From positions 660,001 to 692,000 of the forward strand of contig CP064995.1 of the NCBI GenBank assembly GCA_016700015.1: a stretch of DNA of 32,000 bases, read 5' to 3'. The translations under genes were made by a program, and so were the position numbers. Source of the DNA: Candidatus Saccharimonadota bacterium. GTDB lineage: Bacteria > Patescibacteriota > Saccharimonadia > Saccharimonadales > Saccharimonadaceae. The number at the start of each line of letters is the position of its first letter. Within the stretch, counting starts at the first letter, position 1. Below the pieces are notes generated by a model. That model did no database searches. It worked only from the letters and a program-made list of their open reading frames with translations, and had not been told where the DNA came from. Below are positions 23,039 to 31,345 of this stretch, one piece after another.

Positions 23039-25774
23039 TTACCACTTCCCACGAGCAGCAAGCCATTGCTGTGCAAATTCAGGCACACCATCAGCCCAAC
23101 TCGTCATACCAGACCGAGCAATACGCAGGTCGCCATTTTGGACGTAGGTGCCGAGTTGCTTTAAAATGCCTTTGTCACCAAAGTGTTGGCGCACGGCAGC
23201 ATGAAGCTGCTTGGCGGTTTCAGAGTCAATCGAATGATTGTTGGCGCCTGCCCACTGGCTCCACTCACGGATAAGTCCGTTGCCTGACTCAACATAGAAT
23301 GTATTGCCTGTTAGTTCTGGGTGAGGTAGGGTTTGATAGCGATCGCTCGGATTGATCCCTTCATTAGCACCAGGAGTCGCGCCGTCATGAGCCGGACCAG
23401 TACTGTTTGTCCCATCCCCTGCGGAAGCTGAGACCTCGTGAGATGATCCCAGTGGAGCACGTAGCTGCCCAGCGCCAAGCCCACTCAAACCACCAGCTAA
23501 TTTTCCAACCGCTACGGTCGAGCGTAAGCGGCGGCGGTTACGAACCATTTCTTCAGTGGTTTTGGCTTCTACTTGCTCGGTCAGTGTGCTGGCACCAGCC
23601 GTAGTGGTTGCACGAAGGGCATCGAACTGACGGTTAGTGCTATACGCAGCTTCAACATCAGCATAGTCCATTTGGCCACCCCGGCCCACAGCGACCCGTG
23701 CATTACCGCGGTGACGCGTTACGCTACGACCAAGCAACCCGCCAGTTATACCGCCAGCGACCGTACCGGTAGCGAGACCAAAGATAGCACCCGGCACAAG
23801 GAAGCCTGCACCAAAGGCGACAACACCGCTTGCAGCAGCAACAGCACCAACTTTTTTAAGGCGTGAGCGCCATTTCCATTTGCTCGTGTCGCCTTCTTGT
23901 TTCATCCACCACGTCGTGAACATACCGGCATACTCGCCGCCACGCTCTTTAATATAATCGCTGATGCGTATCTCAAGCTGGAAGCTTTCGTTTAGCAGTG
24001 CGCGGCGCTGCCGACTACTGCGGTCGGTAGGCGTGCCGGCAATTGCATCGAGTCGTCCAATAAGCCGATCGATACGTACCTCATACTCCATGCGAGCATC
24101 GTCGATTGCCTCAGAACGACGTTCGTTCCAGGCGTCAAGGGCACGTGCCACAAATGGCATGCGGCGCAAAAATCGAGTACGGCGCGAATCATCCGACAAA
24201 AAGCGACCAACATAAGAGGTGCGGTCCTTGGCGGTTAGTCGAGCATAGGTGTCGCGGTAATCCGACAACTCGTTCATCATCGCAGTAATTTCGGGTGACA
24301 TGGCCGTGCCCATTTCGCCCCTGGGAACATAAGTGCCGGTCGCAAGAGCTGCCAGAATATCACCTGTCGTTGCTGGCACATACGTACCTGCGGCAAGCGC
24401 ATCGAGTGGGTCAACTGGGCTCGCAGCAGCACTTGGTACATAGGTACCGACCGCAAGTGCGTCAAGCGGATCGGCGGGAGCAGGCCCAGGAACGTAAGTG
24501 CCAGCCGAAAGAGCATCGAGTGGATCGGTAGGTACGGCCGATGAAGCAGGCGCTATGGTAGCTTTATCGTGCGCTGTCCGCATGTAGCTAACAAACTCTT
24601 TTACCTCTTCGTCTGACATGTTACCCACCTTAAGAGCAGTATCTGCGCCAAAGGCATGGTGAGCAACCAACTGCCGGCGCATAATTGCTATGTCATCAGG
24701 AGCTGAACCTATGGCAATTTCTGCATCAATATCAGCTACAGCCATGTGGATTTTCTGGGCTTCTGCATACAGTGCATTTTGGCGCTCACGCTCATCATAG
24801 CCACCAAGAATCGTATCAATGTGACCATTATGAGCGAACTTACCGCCCTTGTCAGCGATACCCTTTTGCCAGTGGGCGTGACCGCGAGCATCGTAGCTAA
24901 TGGTACTAGCAAGTCGCGGATCGACCGTGCGAGGCGAAGCAGTCGCAGCAGTGCGACGAGGCCTTGGCACTGGCGGAGGTGTAGGTGCCACACCTGCAAA
25001 TCCAGGGGTGGTCACTGCAGGTGAGCTTGCGCCTTTTGGTGCAGTACCGCGAGCTGTTTTGCGCCGGTAGCGCGCTGCCTCTTCGTAGTCTGGATTGTGT
25101 TCATCGATTTCCCATACACGAGTGGTGTTCTCCATTGCATCAAGTGTTGATTGATTGACACCGCCGTCTGAGCGCCGAGGAAACTTTGGCTGATTTTTTT
25201 GCCTAGCTTTGGTCGTTGCCGCTGGTTTACCTGTTGTTGCAAGCGCCTTTTCTAGGCGGGCTAGAATTGCGAGTGACTCATCACTGAGTGGCTCTGTCTC
25301 TTGCTGTTTAGTGGCTTCCAGGTCTTTTACTTCGGTAGGTTGCTCGGCTTTACGAGCCTCGCGGCGAGCAGCATAGGCGGCGGCAAGGAGTAATTTCACT
25401 TGCTCATTTGTCATACCATCGACGTCTTCGCCGGCGTAGGCACCTGACTCGACAAGCGCGTTACGCTGCGCCCTTACTAAACTCCACTTTTTTAGATCGC
25501 CTGTAAAATCGGCTTTGTCGGCATTAATATGAATGGTGATATCGTCGAGAAACGGCACGAGGCTAGGTGCAACATCACGGGCGATTTCTTCGTCAGTTTT
25601 AGCGGGTACGTCTTGGTAAGTGTCATCAAACGTATCACCAACCTCTTGGTCAGCATCATCTGATTGAGGTTCGGAATTACCCACAAGCTCAGCACGGAGC
25701 GCTTGTAGGCGCTCGTATGATTCATCAAGGTCGTGACGACCCTTACTCGATGATTCGTGATTCTTGCGTGCCAT
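23039..25774 (-). CDS. large (911 aa) hypothetical membrane protein with internal tandem repeats
   Basis: A long uninterrupted frame. A Gly/Ala-rich hydrophobic hairpin spans residues ~642-682 (nt 23729..23851). The N-terminal ~640 aa are charged and low-complexity, with a Pro-rich segment and 4 DPLDALxxGTYVP repeats. No catalytic motif recognised. A promoter lies at 25851..25823. Confidence 0.75.
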   Translation of the reverse strand: MARKNHESSSKGRHDLDESYERLQALRAELVGNSEPQSDDADQEVGDTFDDTYQDVPAKTDEEIARDVAPSLVPFLDDITIHINADKADFTGDLKKWSLVRAQRNALVESGAYAGEDVDGMTNEQVKLLLAAAYAARREARKAEQPTEVKDLEATKQQETEPLSDESLAILARLEKALATTGKPAATTKARQKNQPKFPRRSDGGVNQSTLDAMENTTRVWEIDEHNPDYEEAARYRRKTARGTAPKGASSPAVTTPGFAGVAPTPPPVPRPRRTAATASPRTVDPRLASTISYDARGHAHWQKGIADKGGKFAHNGHIDTILGGYDERERQNALYAEAQKIHMAVADIDAEIAIGSAPDDIAIMRRQLVAHHAFGADTALKVGNMSDEEVKEFVSYMRTAHDKATIAPASSAVPTDPLDALSAGTYVPGPAPADPLDALAVGTYVPSAAASPVDPLDALAAGTYVPATTGDILAALATGTYVPRGEMGTAMSPEITAMMNELSDYRDTYARLTAKDRTSYVGRFLSDDSRRTRFLRRMPFVARALDAWNERRSEAIDDARMEYEVRIDRLIGRLDAIAGTPTDRSSRQRRALLNESFQLEIRISDYIKERGGEYAGMFTTWWMKQEGDTSKWKWRSRLKKVGAVAAASGVVAFGAGFLVPGAIFGLATGTVAGGITGGLLGRSVTRHRGNARVAVGRGGQMDYADVEAAYSTNRQFDALRATTTAGASTLTEQVEAKTTEEMVRNRRRLRSTVAVGKLAGGLSGLGAGQLRAPLGSSHEVSASAGDGTNSTGPAHDGATPGANEGINPSDRYQTLPHPELTGNTFYVESGNGLIREWSQWAGANNHSIDSETAKQLHAAVRQHFGDKGILKQLGTYVQNGDLRIARSGMTSWADGVPEFAQQWLAARGKW
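24323..24526 (-). repeat. in-frame tandem repeat, 4 copies of ~17 codons (DPLDAL[AS][AV]GTYVP + 3-6 variable residues)
   Basis: The protein reads TDPLDALSAGTYVPGPAPA / DPLDALAVGTYVPSAAASPV / DPLDALAAGTYVPATTG / DILAALATGTYVPRGEMG. The nucleotide copies are diverged at synonymous positions. Confidence 0.85.
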
Positions 25775-25822
25775 AGTGGTGAATATCGTTCCTTAATTAA
25801 CAGATAGTCTGTCTATACTTTT

Positions 25823-25851
25823 ATACTAGCATAAACATGATAAAAAGTCAA
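25823..25851 (-). promoter_or_regulatory. sigma70-like promoter for the 911-aa gene cluster
   Basis: Minus strand reads TTGACT (25851..25846), a 17-nt spacer, then TAGTAT (25828..25823), about 48 nt upstream of the ATG at 25774. Confidence 0.5.
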
Positions 25852-25922
25852 TACTCTGTAGTAATAATAGAACCCACGTCGCCGAGGGCACTATTAGTTC
25901 GTTGCATACTACCTACGTATAA

Positions 25923-27698
25923 CTATGAAAGTGTTCGTTTCACCAGCTCACGCGTGAAGAATTCAAGCGTATCGCCAATTTCGAGCTGCACTTTTTTGCT
26001 GGTTTTGAGGCTTAGTCCGCACATTTCGCCTTCGAATACTTCTTTGGCTTCGATTTGCTGGCGCTGCACGCTAGTCACTTCTGTTTCCGCCAGCTGCTCC
26101 TCGCCGCGCTTCACGCGCACGAGTACGTGGGGAGTCACTTTGCCGCTCTTCACTTCACCACCACAGATGATTTCGTCTTTCATGGTACGGAATACGCCCT
26201 TGACAGTCAGTGTACCGAGCTCAGTTTCTACCACAGCCGGTGCAAGCATGGCCTCCATACTACTCCTGGCATCATCGAGCAATTCATAAATGACTTTGTA
26301 CAGACGAATTTGCACCTTATCGCGCATAGCCAGTCGCTTGACGGCTGGTGGTAGTATGATATTAAAGCCATAGATAATTGCATTGCTACTTGCCGCCAAA
26401 CGGACATCACTTTCGTTGATATTACCAACACCGCTACCAATAATCCTCAGGTTGATCTCGCCTTTTGTGTCAACAAGACGTAAACTGTCCATAACAGAGG
26501 TAAGCGATCCCTGAACATCGGCTTTGACAATAACATTAATCTCCTGTGTATCGTGCTTTTGGGTCATCATTTTCAATAAATCTGCGCCCGTGACATTGGT
26601 GCTGGCGGCGTGTCGCTCGCGCTCAATCTTGGCCCTCTCAACAAGTAGTCTGGCCTCTTTTTCATTCTTTACGATACCAAACACGTCACCAAACTGTGGA
26701 AGTTCTTTAAAGCCAGTCACCGTAACAGGGGTCGAAGGGCCAGCCTCTTTCAGTGTTTTACCAGTAAAATCAAGTAGTGTTCTAACCTTTCCGTAGCTCG
26801 TACCAGCGACCAGGAAATGCCCAGGTTTTAGCACCCCCTGCTCAACCAAAAGACCTACTACACTTCCACGACCAATTTCCATGTGCGCCTCAATCACCAG
26901 ACCTTCTGCCGGCACGTCAATATCCGCCCTTAACTCCTCAATGTCAGCCACAAGCAGTACCATATCGAGTAGCTTGTCGACTCCTTCGCGCGTTTTAGCA
27001 CTCACTGGCACCATAACCGTATCGCCACCCCACTCTTCTGGGTTTAGATGGTGCTCACTTGCAAGCTGTGCCTTGACCATTTCGGGGTTGGCAGTTTCTT
27101 TATCCATTTTATTGAGTGCGACGACAATTTTAGCGTTGGCATCACGGGCAAAGCGAATAGCTTCTACAGTTTGTGGCTTTACTCCGTCATCCGCAGCCAC
27201 GACAATCACCACAACGTCAGTAAGCGCAGCACCATGCTGGCGTAGAGCGGCAAATGCTTCGTGACCGGGCGTGTCAAGCAGTGTGATGGGACGTCCTTTG
27301 CGGACAGTCTGGTAGGCACTAATGTGCTGTGTGATGCCTCCAGCTTCACCGGCAACCGTTTTCATATCGAGAACCGCGTCGAGCAAACTTGTTTTTCCAT
27401 GATCAACATGGCCCATAACGGCGACAATCGGTGGCCGCTCGACGGCACGTTCAGACGGTTTATGAAGACGCTGCGCGGTTGTCGATTCAACTTCCTTGCG
27501 CTTCAGCTCAACATCAATTCCTAGCTCTTCAACAATAATCTGAGCTGTCTCAAAGTCAATTCGTTGATTGATGGTAGCAACAATACCGTTTTTAAATAAC
27601 TCTCCTACAAGCTGGGTAACTGGTAAGTTGAGCGTTTCTGCGAGCTCTCCGACAGTGATTGAATCTGCGATGACCAACACTTTTTCTGGTTGACTCAT
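25923..27698 (-). CDS. infB: translation initiation factor IF-2 (short form, 591 aa)
   Basis: G-domain motifs: GHVDHGKTSLLD, DTPGHEAF, NKMD. Start ATG at 27698 (MSQPEKV), with GAGGAG upstream. Confidence 0.95.
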   Translation of the reverse strand: MSQPEKVLVIADSITVGELAETLNLPVTQLVGELFKNGIVATINQRIDFETAQIIVEELGIDVELKRKEVESTTAQRLHKPSERAVERPPIVAVMGHVDHGKTSLLDAVLDMKTVAGEAGGITQHISAYQTVRKGRPITLLDTPGHEAFAALRQHGAALTDVVVIVVAADDGVKPQTVEAIRFARDANAKIVVALNKMDKETANPEMVKAQLASEHHLNPEEWGGDTVMVPVSAKTREGVDKLLDMVLLVADIEELRADIDVPAEGLVIEAHMEIGRGSVVGLLVEQGVLKPGHFLVAGTSYGKVRTLLDFTGKTLKEAGPSTPVTVTGFKELPQFGDVFGIVKNEKEARLLVERAKIERERHAASTNVTGADLLKMMTQKHDTQEINVIVKADVQGSLTSVMDSLRLVDTKGEINLRIIGSGVGNINESDVRLAASSNAIIYGFNIILPPAVKRLAMRDKVQIRLYKVIYELLDDARSSMEAMLAPAVVETELGTLTVKGVFRTMKDEIICGGEVKSGKVTPHVLVRVKRGEEQLAETEVTSVQRQQIEAKEVFEGEMCGLSLKTSKKVQLEIGDTLEFFTRELVKRTLS

Positions 27699-27753
27699 AT
27701 CCTGCTCCTCTCCGTCCCAGCTTGGTGGGGACAATTATCCGTTTGTTACACGG

Positions 27754-28824
27754 TTATTTCTTTTTCTTGTCGGCAAGACTCAGTGAAATCTTGCGGTTTT
27801 CTTTATCAATATCAAGCACGACGAACTCTTTGCGTTCGTTAAGTGTAAACACTTTTTCCGGGTCAACACCTTCACCACTGCCTAGTTCGCTAATATGAAC
27901 CAGCGCTTCGACCGCTGGACTAATCTGCACAAAGGCGCCAAACGGTGTTATGCGTGTGACAGTACCTTCAACTTTGTCTCCCTTTTTAAATGTGTCGACC
28001 TCGTCGAGCCATGGATCCTTTGTGAGCTGTTTCATGCTAAGGCTAAGGCGTTCTTTGTCGATGCTAATGATTTTGGCATCGATATTTTGACCAACTTTTA
28101 CATAATCAGCTGGATTGTTGACACGCTCCCAGCTTATTTCGCTGATATGCACGAGACCTTCTATACCATCGACATTGACAAAGACGCCGAAGTCGACAAC
28201 ACCGGTGACGACGCCGGTGACAGTATCACCGATCTTCAGCTGCTCAAACCGAGCAGCGAGACCGTCTTTGATGGCTTCTTTTTCACTAAAGATAAGCTTG
28301 TTCGTCTTGCGGTCACAGTCCAAAATACGAACTTTAAGGTTCTGACCCACCAGAGCATTCAAGCGCTGCAGAATCTCGTCTTTGTCGGCACTACCGACTC
28401 GCGGGTAATGCTCGGCAGATAGTTGCGATACTGGCAAGAAGCCACGCACGCCTTCGTATTCAACCAACATACCACCACGATTTGCATCGTACGGAGCAAC
28501 CTCGATAATTTCACCTGCTTCCATCTTGACAGAAATTTCTTCCCAACCCCGATCTTTTGCAGCTTTACGAAGGCTCAGCAAACTATAACCATTGTCAAGT
28601 TCTACGTCAACAACACTGGCAGTTACTTCGTCACCGGTGGCCAGCTGACGACTAAAGCCGACTTCACGGCGTGGAACATAACCAACACCTTGTGCGCCTA
28701 AATCGATCAACACTTCGTGCTTACGTACTGATAGCACATGACCCGTTATAACTTCGCCAGCAGCGATTTGCTTAACACTATCGCCAGCCATTAGCTCGTC
28801 CATCGTTACTAAATTTTTTGTCAT
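27754..28824 (-). CDS. rpsA: 30S ribosomal protein S1 (four S1 domains)
   Basis: Repeated S1-domain signatures (G.V..V...G..V.L....GF.P.S). 356 aa from the ATG at 28824. No SD precedes this ATG. Confidence 0.9.
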   Translation of the reverse strand: MTKNLVTMDELMAGDSVKQIAAGEVITGHVLSVRKHEVLIDLGAQGVGYVPRREVGFSRQLATGDEVTASVVDVELDNGYSLLSLRKAAKDRGWEEISVKMEAGEIIEVAPYDANRGGMLVEYEGVRGFLPVSQLSAEHYPRVGSADKDEILQRLNALVGQNLKVRILDCDRKTNKLIFSEKEAIKDGLAARFEQLKIGDTVTGVVTGVVDFGVFVNVDGIEGLVHISEISWERVNNPADYVKVGQNIDAKIISIDKERLSLSMKQLTKDPWLDEVDTFKKGDKVEGTVTRITPFGAFVQISPAVEALVHISELGSGEGVDPEKVFTLNERKEFVVLDIDKENRKISLSLADKKKK

Positions 28825-28825
28825 A

Positions 28826-28873
28826 CTATACGGTATCAATGGGTAATGTCGCGACAGGCGCGAACAGAACCAT
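28826..28873 (-). CDS. candidate 15-codon upstream ORF (MVLFAPVATLPIDTV) coupled to rpsA
   Basis: A strong SD, AGAGGAG (28885..28879), lies 5 nt before the ATG at 28873. The TAG stop ends 1 nt before the rpsA ATG. The call is speculative. Confidence 0.3.
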   Translation of the reverse strand: MVLFAPVATLPIDTV

Positions 28874-28969
28874 CAACACTCCTCTCTTAAAGTTAATATT
28901 TTCTTGGCGCACTTCAAACAAACGCGCACCGAGATTGTTGCCTATTGTACACTAGTGGACGTCATCTGT

Positions 28970-29380
28970 CTAGATGAGCGACCGAGACCTCACATAAGAG
29001 ACCGCTGTGCCAGCCAACAGCGTAGCTCCAATGAGGGGGATAATCAAGTCTTCGGGACCAGTAGTTGGGAGATGATTGCTCGTCGAGGTGATGGATGAAT
29101 CGCTAGTCGTCGCCGTAGAAGAACTCTTTGCCGGCGAATCTGTCTGTTTTTGCTGCGAAGCTTGGTTTTTTAGTGCTTGCTCCAGATCAGTATTAGTCGA
29201 AGACAAGGCCTCGTTCGACTGTGTGACAGTATCTTCGACTACCTTATTAGTTTCATTGCCTGTGTTATTTTTTGTCGCGTAGTTTTTTACCACGAAGATC
29301 CCGCCGACAACCAGTGCCAGCAGCAGCGCCCCCACCAGCACATATCCCACAATCGTACCTTTGTGCATTTGTTGTGCCAT
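28970..29380 (-). CDS. small LPXTG-anchored, Ser/Thr/Asn-rich surface protein
   Basis: N-terminal TM/signal (IVGYVLVGALLLALVVGGIFVV) and a low-complexity S/T/N/Q-rich middle. The C-terminus has LPTTG, a hydrophobic stretch and RSRS, which is a sortase sorting signal. ATG at 29380 with AAGAGGTGA upstream. Confidence 0.75.
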   Translation of the reverse strand: MAQQMHKGTIVGYVLVGALLLALVVGGIFVVKNYATKNNTGNETNKVVEDTVTQSNEALSSTNTDLEQALKNQASQQKQTDSPAKSSSTATTSDSSITSTSNHLPTTGPEDLIIPLIGATLLAGTAVSYVRSRSLI

Positions 29381-29463
29381 TCTATTCACCTCTTAAGTAA
29401 CTTACCTGACTATACTATATTTTGCAACTAAACGCAACAGATGCGGTATGCTACACTGGTACT

Positions 29464-30291
29464 ATGATAGTCACAATCGATACCGGCGGGACAAAGACAC
29501 TTATTTCGTCGTTTAGTGCGCACGGCAAAATTGGTGAATCGATAAAATTTCCTACCCCTTCTGATCCAAGTCAGTATGTTGCGCAGCTAAAAAAGATCGT
29601 GCGTGAACAGTACGAACCAGACAAAGTCGAAGTCGTAGTGCTCGCTATCCCTGGGGTAGTTGATGCTGGGGTTATAAAATGGTGTGGTAATTTGCCGTGG
29701 CAGAACCTTGATCTAGGCAAAAAACTACACGATCTTTTGCCGGGTGTACCTTTGTTTATCGAAAACGATGCCAAACTTGCCGCTCTGGGCGAAACTCGCA
29801 GTTTGCCATCTATTCCCGTCTCATCGCTCTACGTCACCATTAGCACTGGTATTGGTGGGGGGTTGGTAGTTGATGGTAAGCTCGATCATGGCATGCGGTT
29901 TAGTGAAATCGGGCATATTCCGCTTGAGTACGATGGCAAAGTACGCATTTGGGAGTCGTTCGCCAGTGGCCATGCAATTGTAGCGACCTACAAACAGTTC
30001 GCACGGGACATCACCAGTAAACGCACCTGGCGACAGATCGCCGACCGCATGAGTCGTGGTTTTCTGGTCGTGATTCCTACAATTCAGCCCGACATCATCA
30101 TTATTGGCGGGAGTGTTGGTACCTATTTTGAACGCTATGGAACATACCTGCGCGATATTCTACTTGAACACCTACCTCCACACATTGCTTGTCCCAAGAT
30201 TATTCAGGCTGTTCATCCCGAAGAAGCAGTTATTTATGGATGTTACTACTATGGCAAAGATTACCTTACTAGTAAGAAAGCTAAAAAATAG
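29464..30291 (+). CDS. ROK-family sugar kinase (glucokinase-like)
   Basis: MIVTIDTGGTKT (the DxGGT ATP motif), NDAKLAALGE, and a GIGGGLVVDGKL..G...SEIGH block. ATG at 29464. The extended -10 TGcTACACT (29449..29457) lies 6 nt upstream. Confidence 0.85.
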   Translation: MIVTIDTGGTKTLISSFSAHGKIGESIKFPTPSDPSQYVAQLKKIVREQYEPDKVEVVVLAIPGVVDAGVIKWCGNLPWQNLDLGKKLHDLLPGVPLFIENDAKLAALGETRSLPSIPVSSLYVTISTGIGGGLVVDGKLDHGMRFSEIGHIPLEYDGKVRIWESFASGHAIVATYKQFARDITSKRTWRQIADRMSRGFLVVIPTIQPDIIIIGGSVGTYFERYGTYLRDILLEHLPPHIACPKIIQAVHPEEAVIYGCYYYGKDYLTSKKAKK

Positions 30292-30736
30292 CTGGCGACT
30301 CGATCAAAGTGTCGCTTCTCCTATTCGCTTTCAAACCGGTACTGCTTTTCAGTGGAATCACCTTGAGCGCTGTATCACCTATGACCCGACCGACAGTGAA
30401 GTAGTAGCATTTCTTTTGCATGAGGCTGGCCACGCTTGGTTGAACCATGGAAAATACACTAACAGTATTGAGCTACTGGAAATGGAGCGTGACGCCTGGG
30501 AGTGGGCTCGAAAGAATAGTTCCCACTATGGAATTACTATTGATCCAGACACTATCGATCAGTCGGTAGACACGTATCGTGATTGGCTTCATGCGCGTTC
30601 ACTCTGTCCCCGCTGTAATGCAACTGGCGTCGAAACAGCTCGCCAGTTTACCTACGTATGTATTGCCTGCAGCCACCAATGGCGCGTTAATGAAGCGCGA
30701 AACTGCCATCTACGTCGCTATAGCCCAAACAAATAG
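30251..30736 (+). CDS. HEXXH zinc-metallopeptidase-like protein with a C-terminal zinc ribbon (SprT-like architecture)
   Basis: FLLHEAGHAWLNH (HExxH) plus CPRCN...YVCIACSH (a CxxC...CxxC ribbon). The start (ATG at 30251 or 30236) overlaps the end of the ROK gene. Confidence 0.55.
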   Translation: MAKITLLVRKLKNSWRLDQSVASPIRFQTGTAFQWNHLERCITYDPTDSEVVAFLLHEAGHAWLNHGKYTNSIELLEMERDAWEWARKNSSHYGITIDPDTIDQSVDTYRDWLHARSLCPRCNATGVETARQFTYVCIACSHQWRVNEARNCHLRRYSPNK

Positions 30737-30759
30737 TCGACCCCTGAAGAGTCGACTAT
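30733..30759. terminator. bidirectional intrinsic terminator between convergent genes
   Basis: ATAGTCGAC-ccctgaaga-GTCGACTAT (9 bp, perfect). It is followed by TTATTT on plus and by TTTGTTTGGG on minus. Confidence 0.7.
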
Positions 30760-30778
30760 TTATTTGCGCTATATCTGA

Positions 30779-30979
30779 TTATTTATCAGAGCTTTTTTTA
30801 GTGCGGCGTGAAATACGGCCACCCTTGGCACCTGCAATACGAGCAAGTTCTGGGTTAGCGGCAAAACCGCCCGTATGACCGTTGCGACCACCTTTTGCGC
30901 CAATTTTTGCGTAAAAGTTTGGGTCTTTAGCCAAATTCTTTTGTGCGGCCTTGATGCCACCAGCTTTAGTTCCTGCCAT
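30779..30979 (-). CDS. KGG-repeat general stress protein (YciG/GsiB-like)
   Basis: 66 aa, basic and Gly-rich. The repeated GAKGGR motif (IGAKGGRNGHTGGFA, IAGAKGGRISRR) is typical of the stress-induced KGG repeat family. Confidence 0.8.
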   Translation of the reverse strand: MAGTKAGGIKAAQKNLAKDPNFYAKIGAKGGRNGHTGGFAANPELARIAGAKGGRISRRTKKSSDK

Positions 30980-31092
30980 TAGTAGGTTCTCCCTGCCCTC
31001 TTGAAGGGCGATTATTAAAAGGGCTCTGACTACCCCTGTTACGGTTCGTCAAAACCCTCGCTTTACCTCACATCTGAGATGTGTATGAAATA

Positions 31093-31121
31093 ATATTAGC
31101 ACAAACGATACAAAATGTCAA
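31093..31121 (-). promoter_or_regulatory. near-consensus sigma70 promoter for the KGG stress gene
   Basis: Minus strand reads TTGACA (31121..31116), a 17-nt spacer, then TAATAT (31098..31093). This predicts a structured 5' UTR of about 105 nt. Confidence 0.55.
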
Positions 31122-31156
31122 TGGTTACAGTCAATATTTTTATGATATAAAAACTA

Positions 31157-31303
31157 TTGTACTTATGCTGCTGGTGAGTTATTATAAGGAAGCACCTGTT
31201 TGAATCTTGAAAAACTACGAGATTCATTACAAAAAGGATTCTTGCTTTCTGCGAGATCCAAGAATCCACCACAAAAGCACCTTCCTTGATGGAGGTGTTT
31301 TTT
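31157..31303 (+). ncRNA. candidate small RNA transcription unit (promoter + ~110-nt structured RNA + terminator)
   Basis: TTGTAC (31157..31162), a 17-nt spacer, then TATTAT (31180..31185). Hairpins follow: TGAATCT/AGATTCA (31201..31226) and GGATTCTTG/CAAGAATCC (31236..31267). The terminator is CACCTTCC-TTGAT-GGAGGTG plus TTTTTT (31278..31303). There is no ORF with an SD. No known RNA family recognised. Confidence 0.3.
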
Positions 31304-31345
31304 ATATGGTATAATTCATTTGACCAAGGGCGTTGCTGCAAAAAT

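Noticed and set aside
24323-24526. The tandem DNA repeat as a non-coding minisatellite or CRISPR-like array
   Set aside because: It lies in frame within a 911-codon ORF. The copies diverge mainly at synonymous sites, so it is a protein repeat.
25867-25895. Possible infB terminator (CCCUCG-GCGA-CGUGGG on the minus strand)
   Set aside because: The stem has an internal U-U mismatch (3 + 2 bp) and only a weak U-tract. It is left uncalled.
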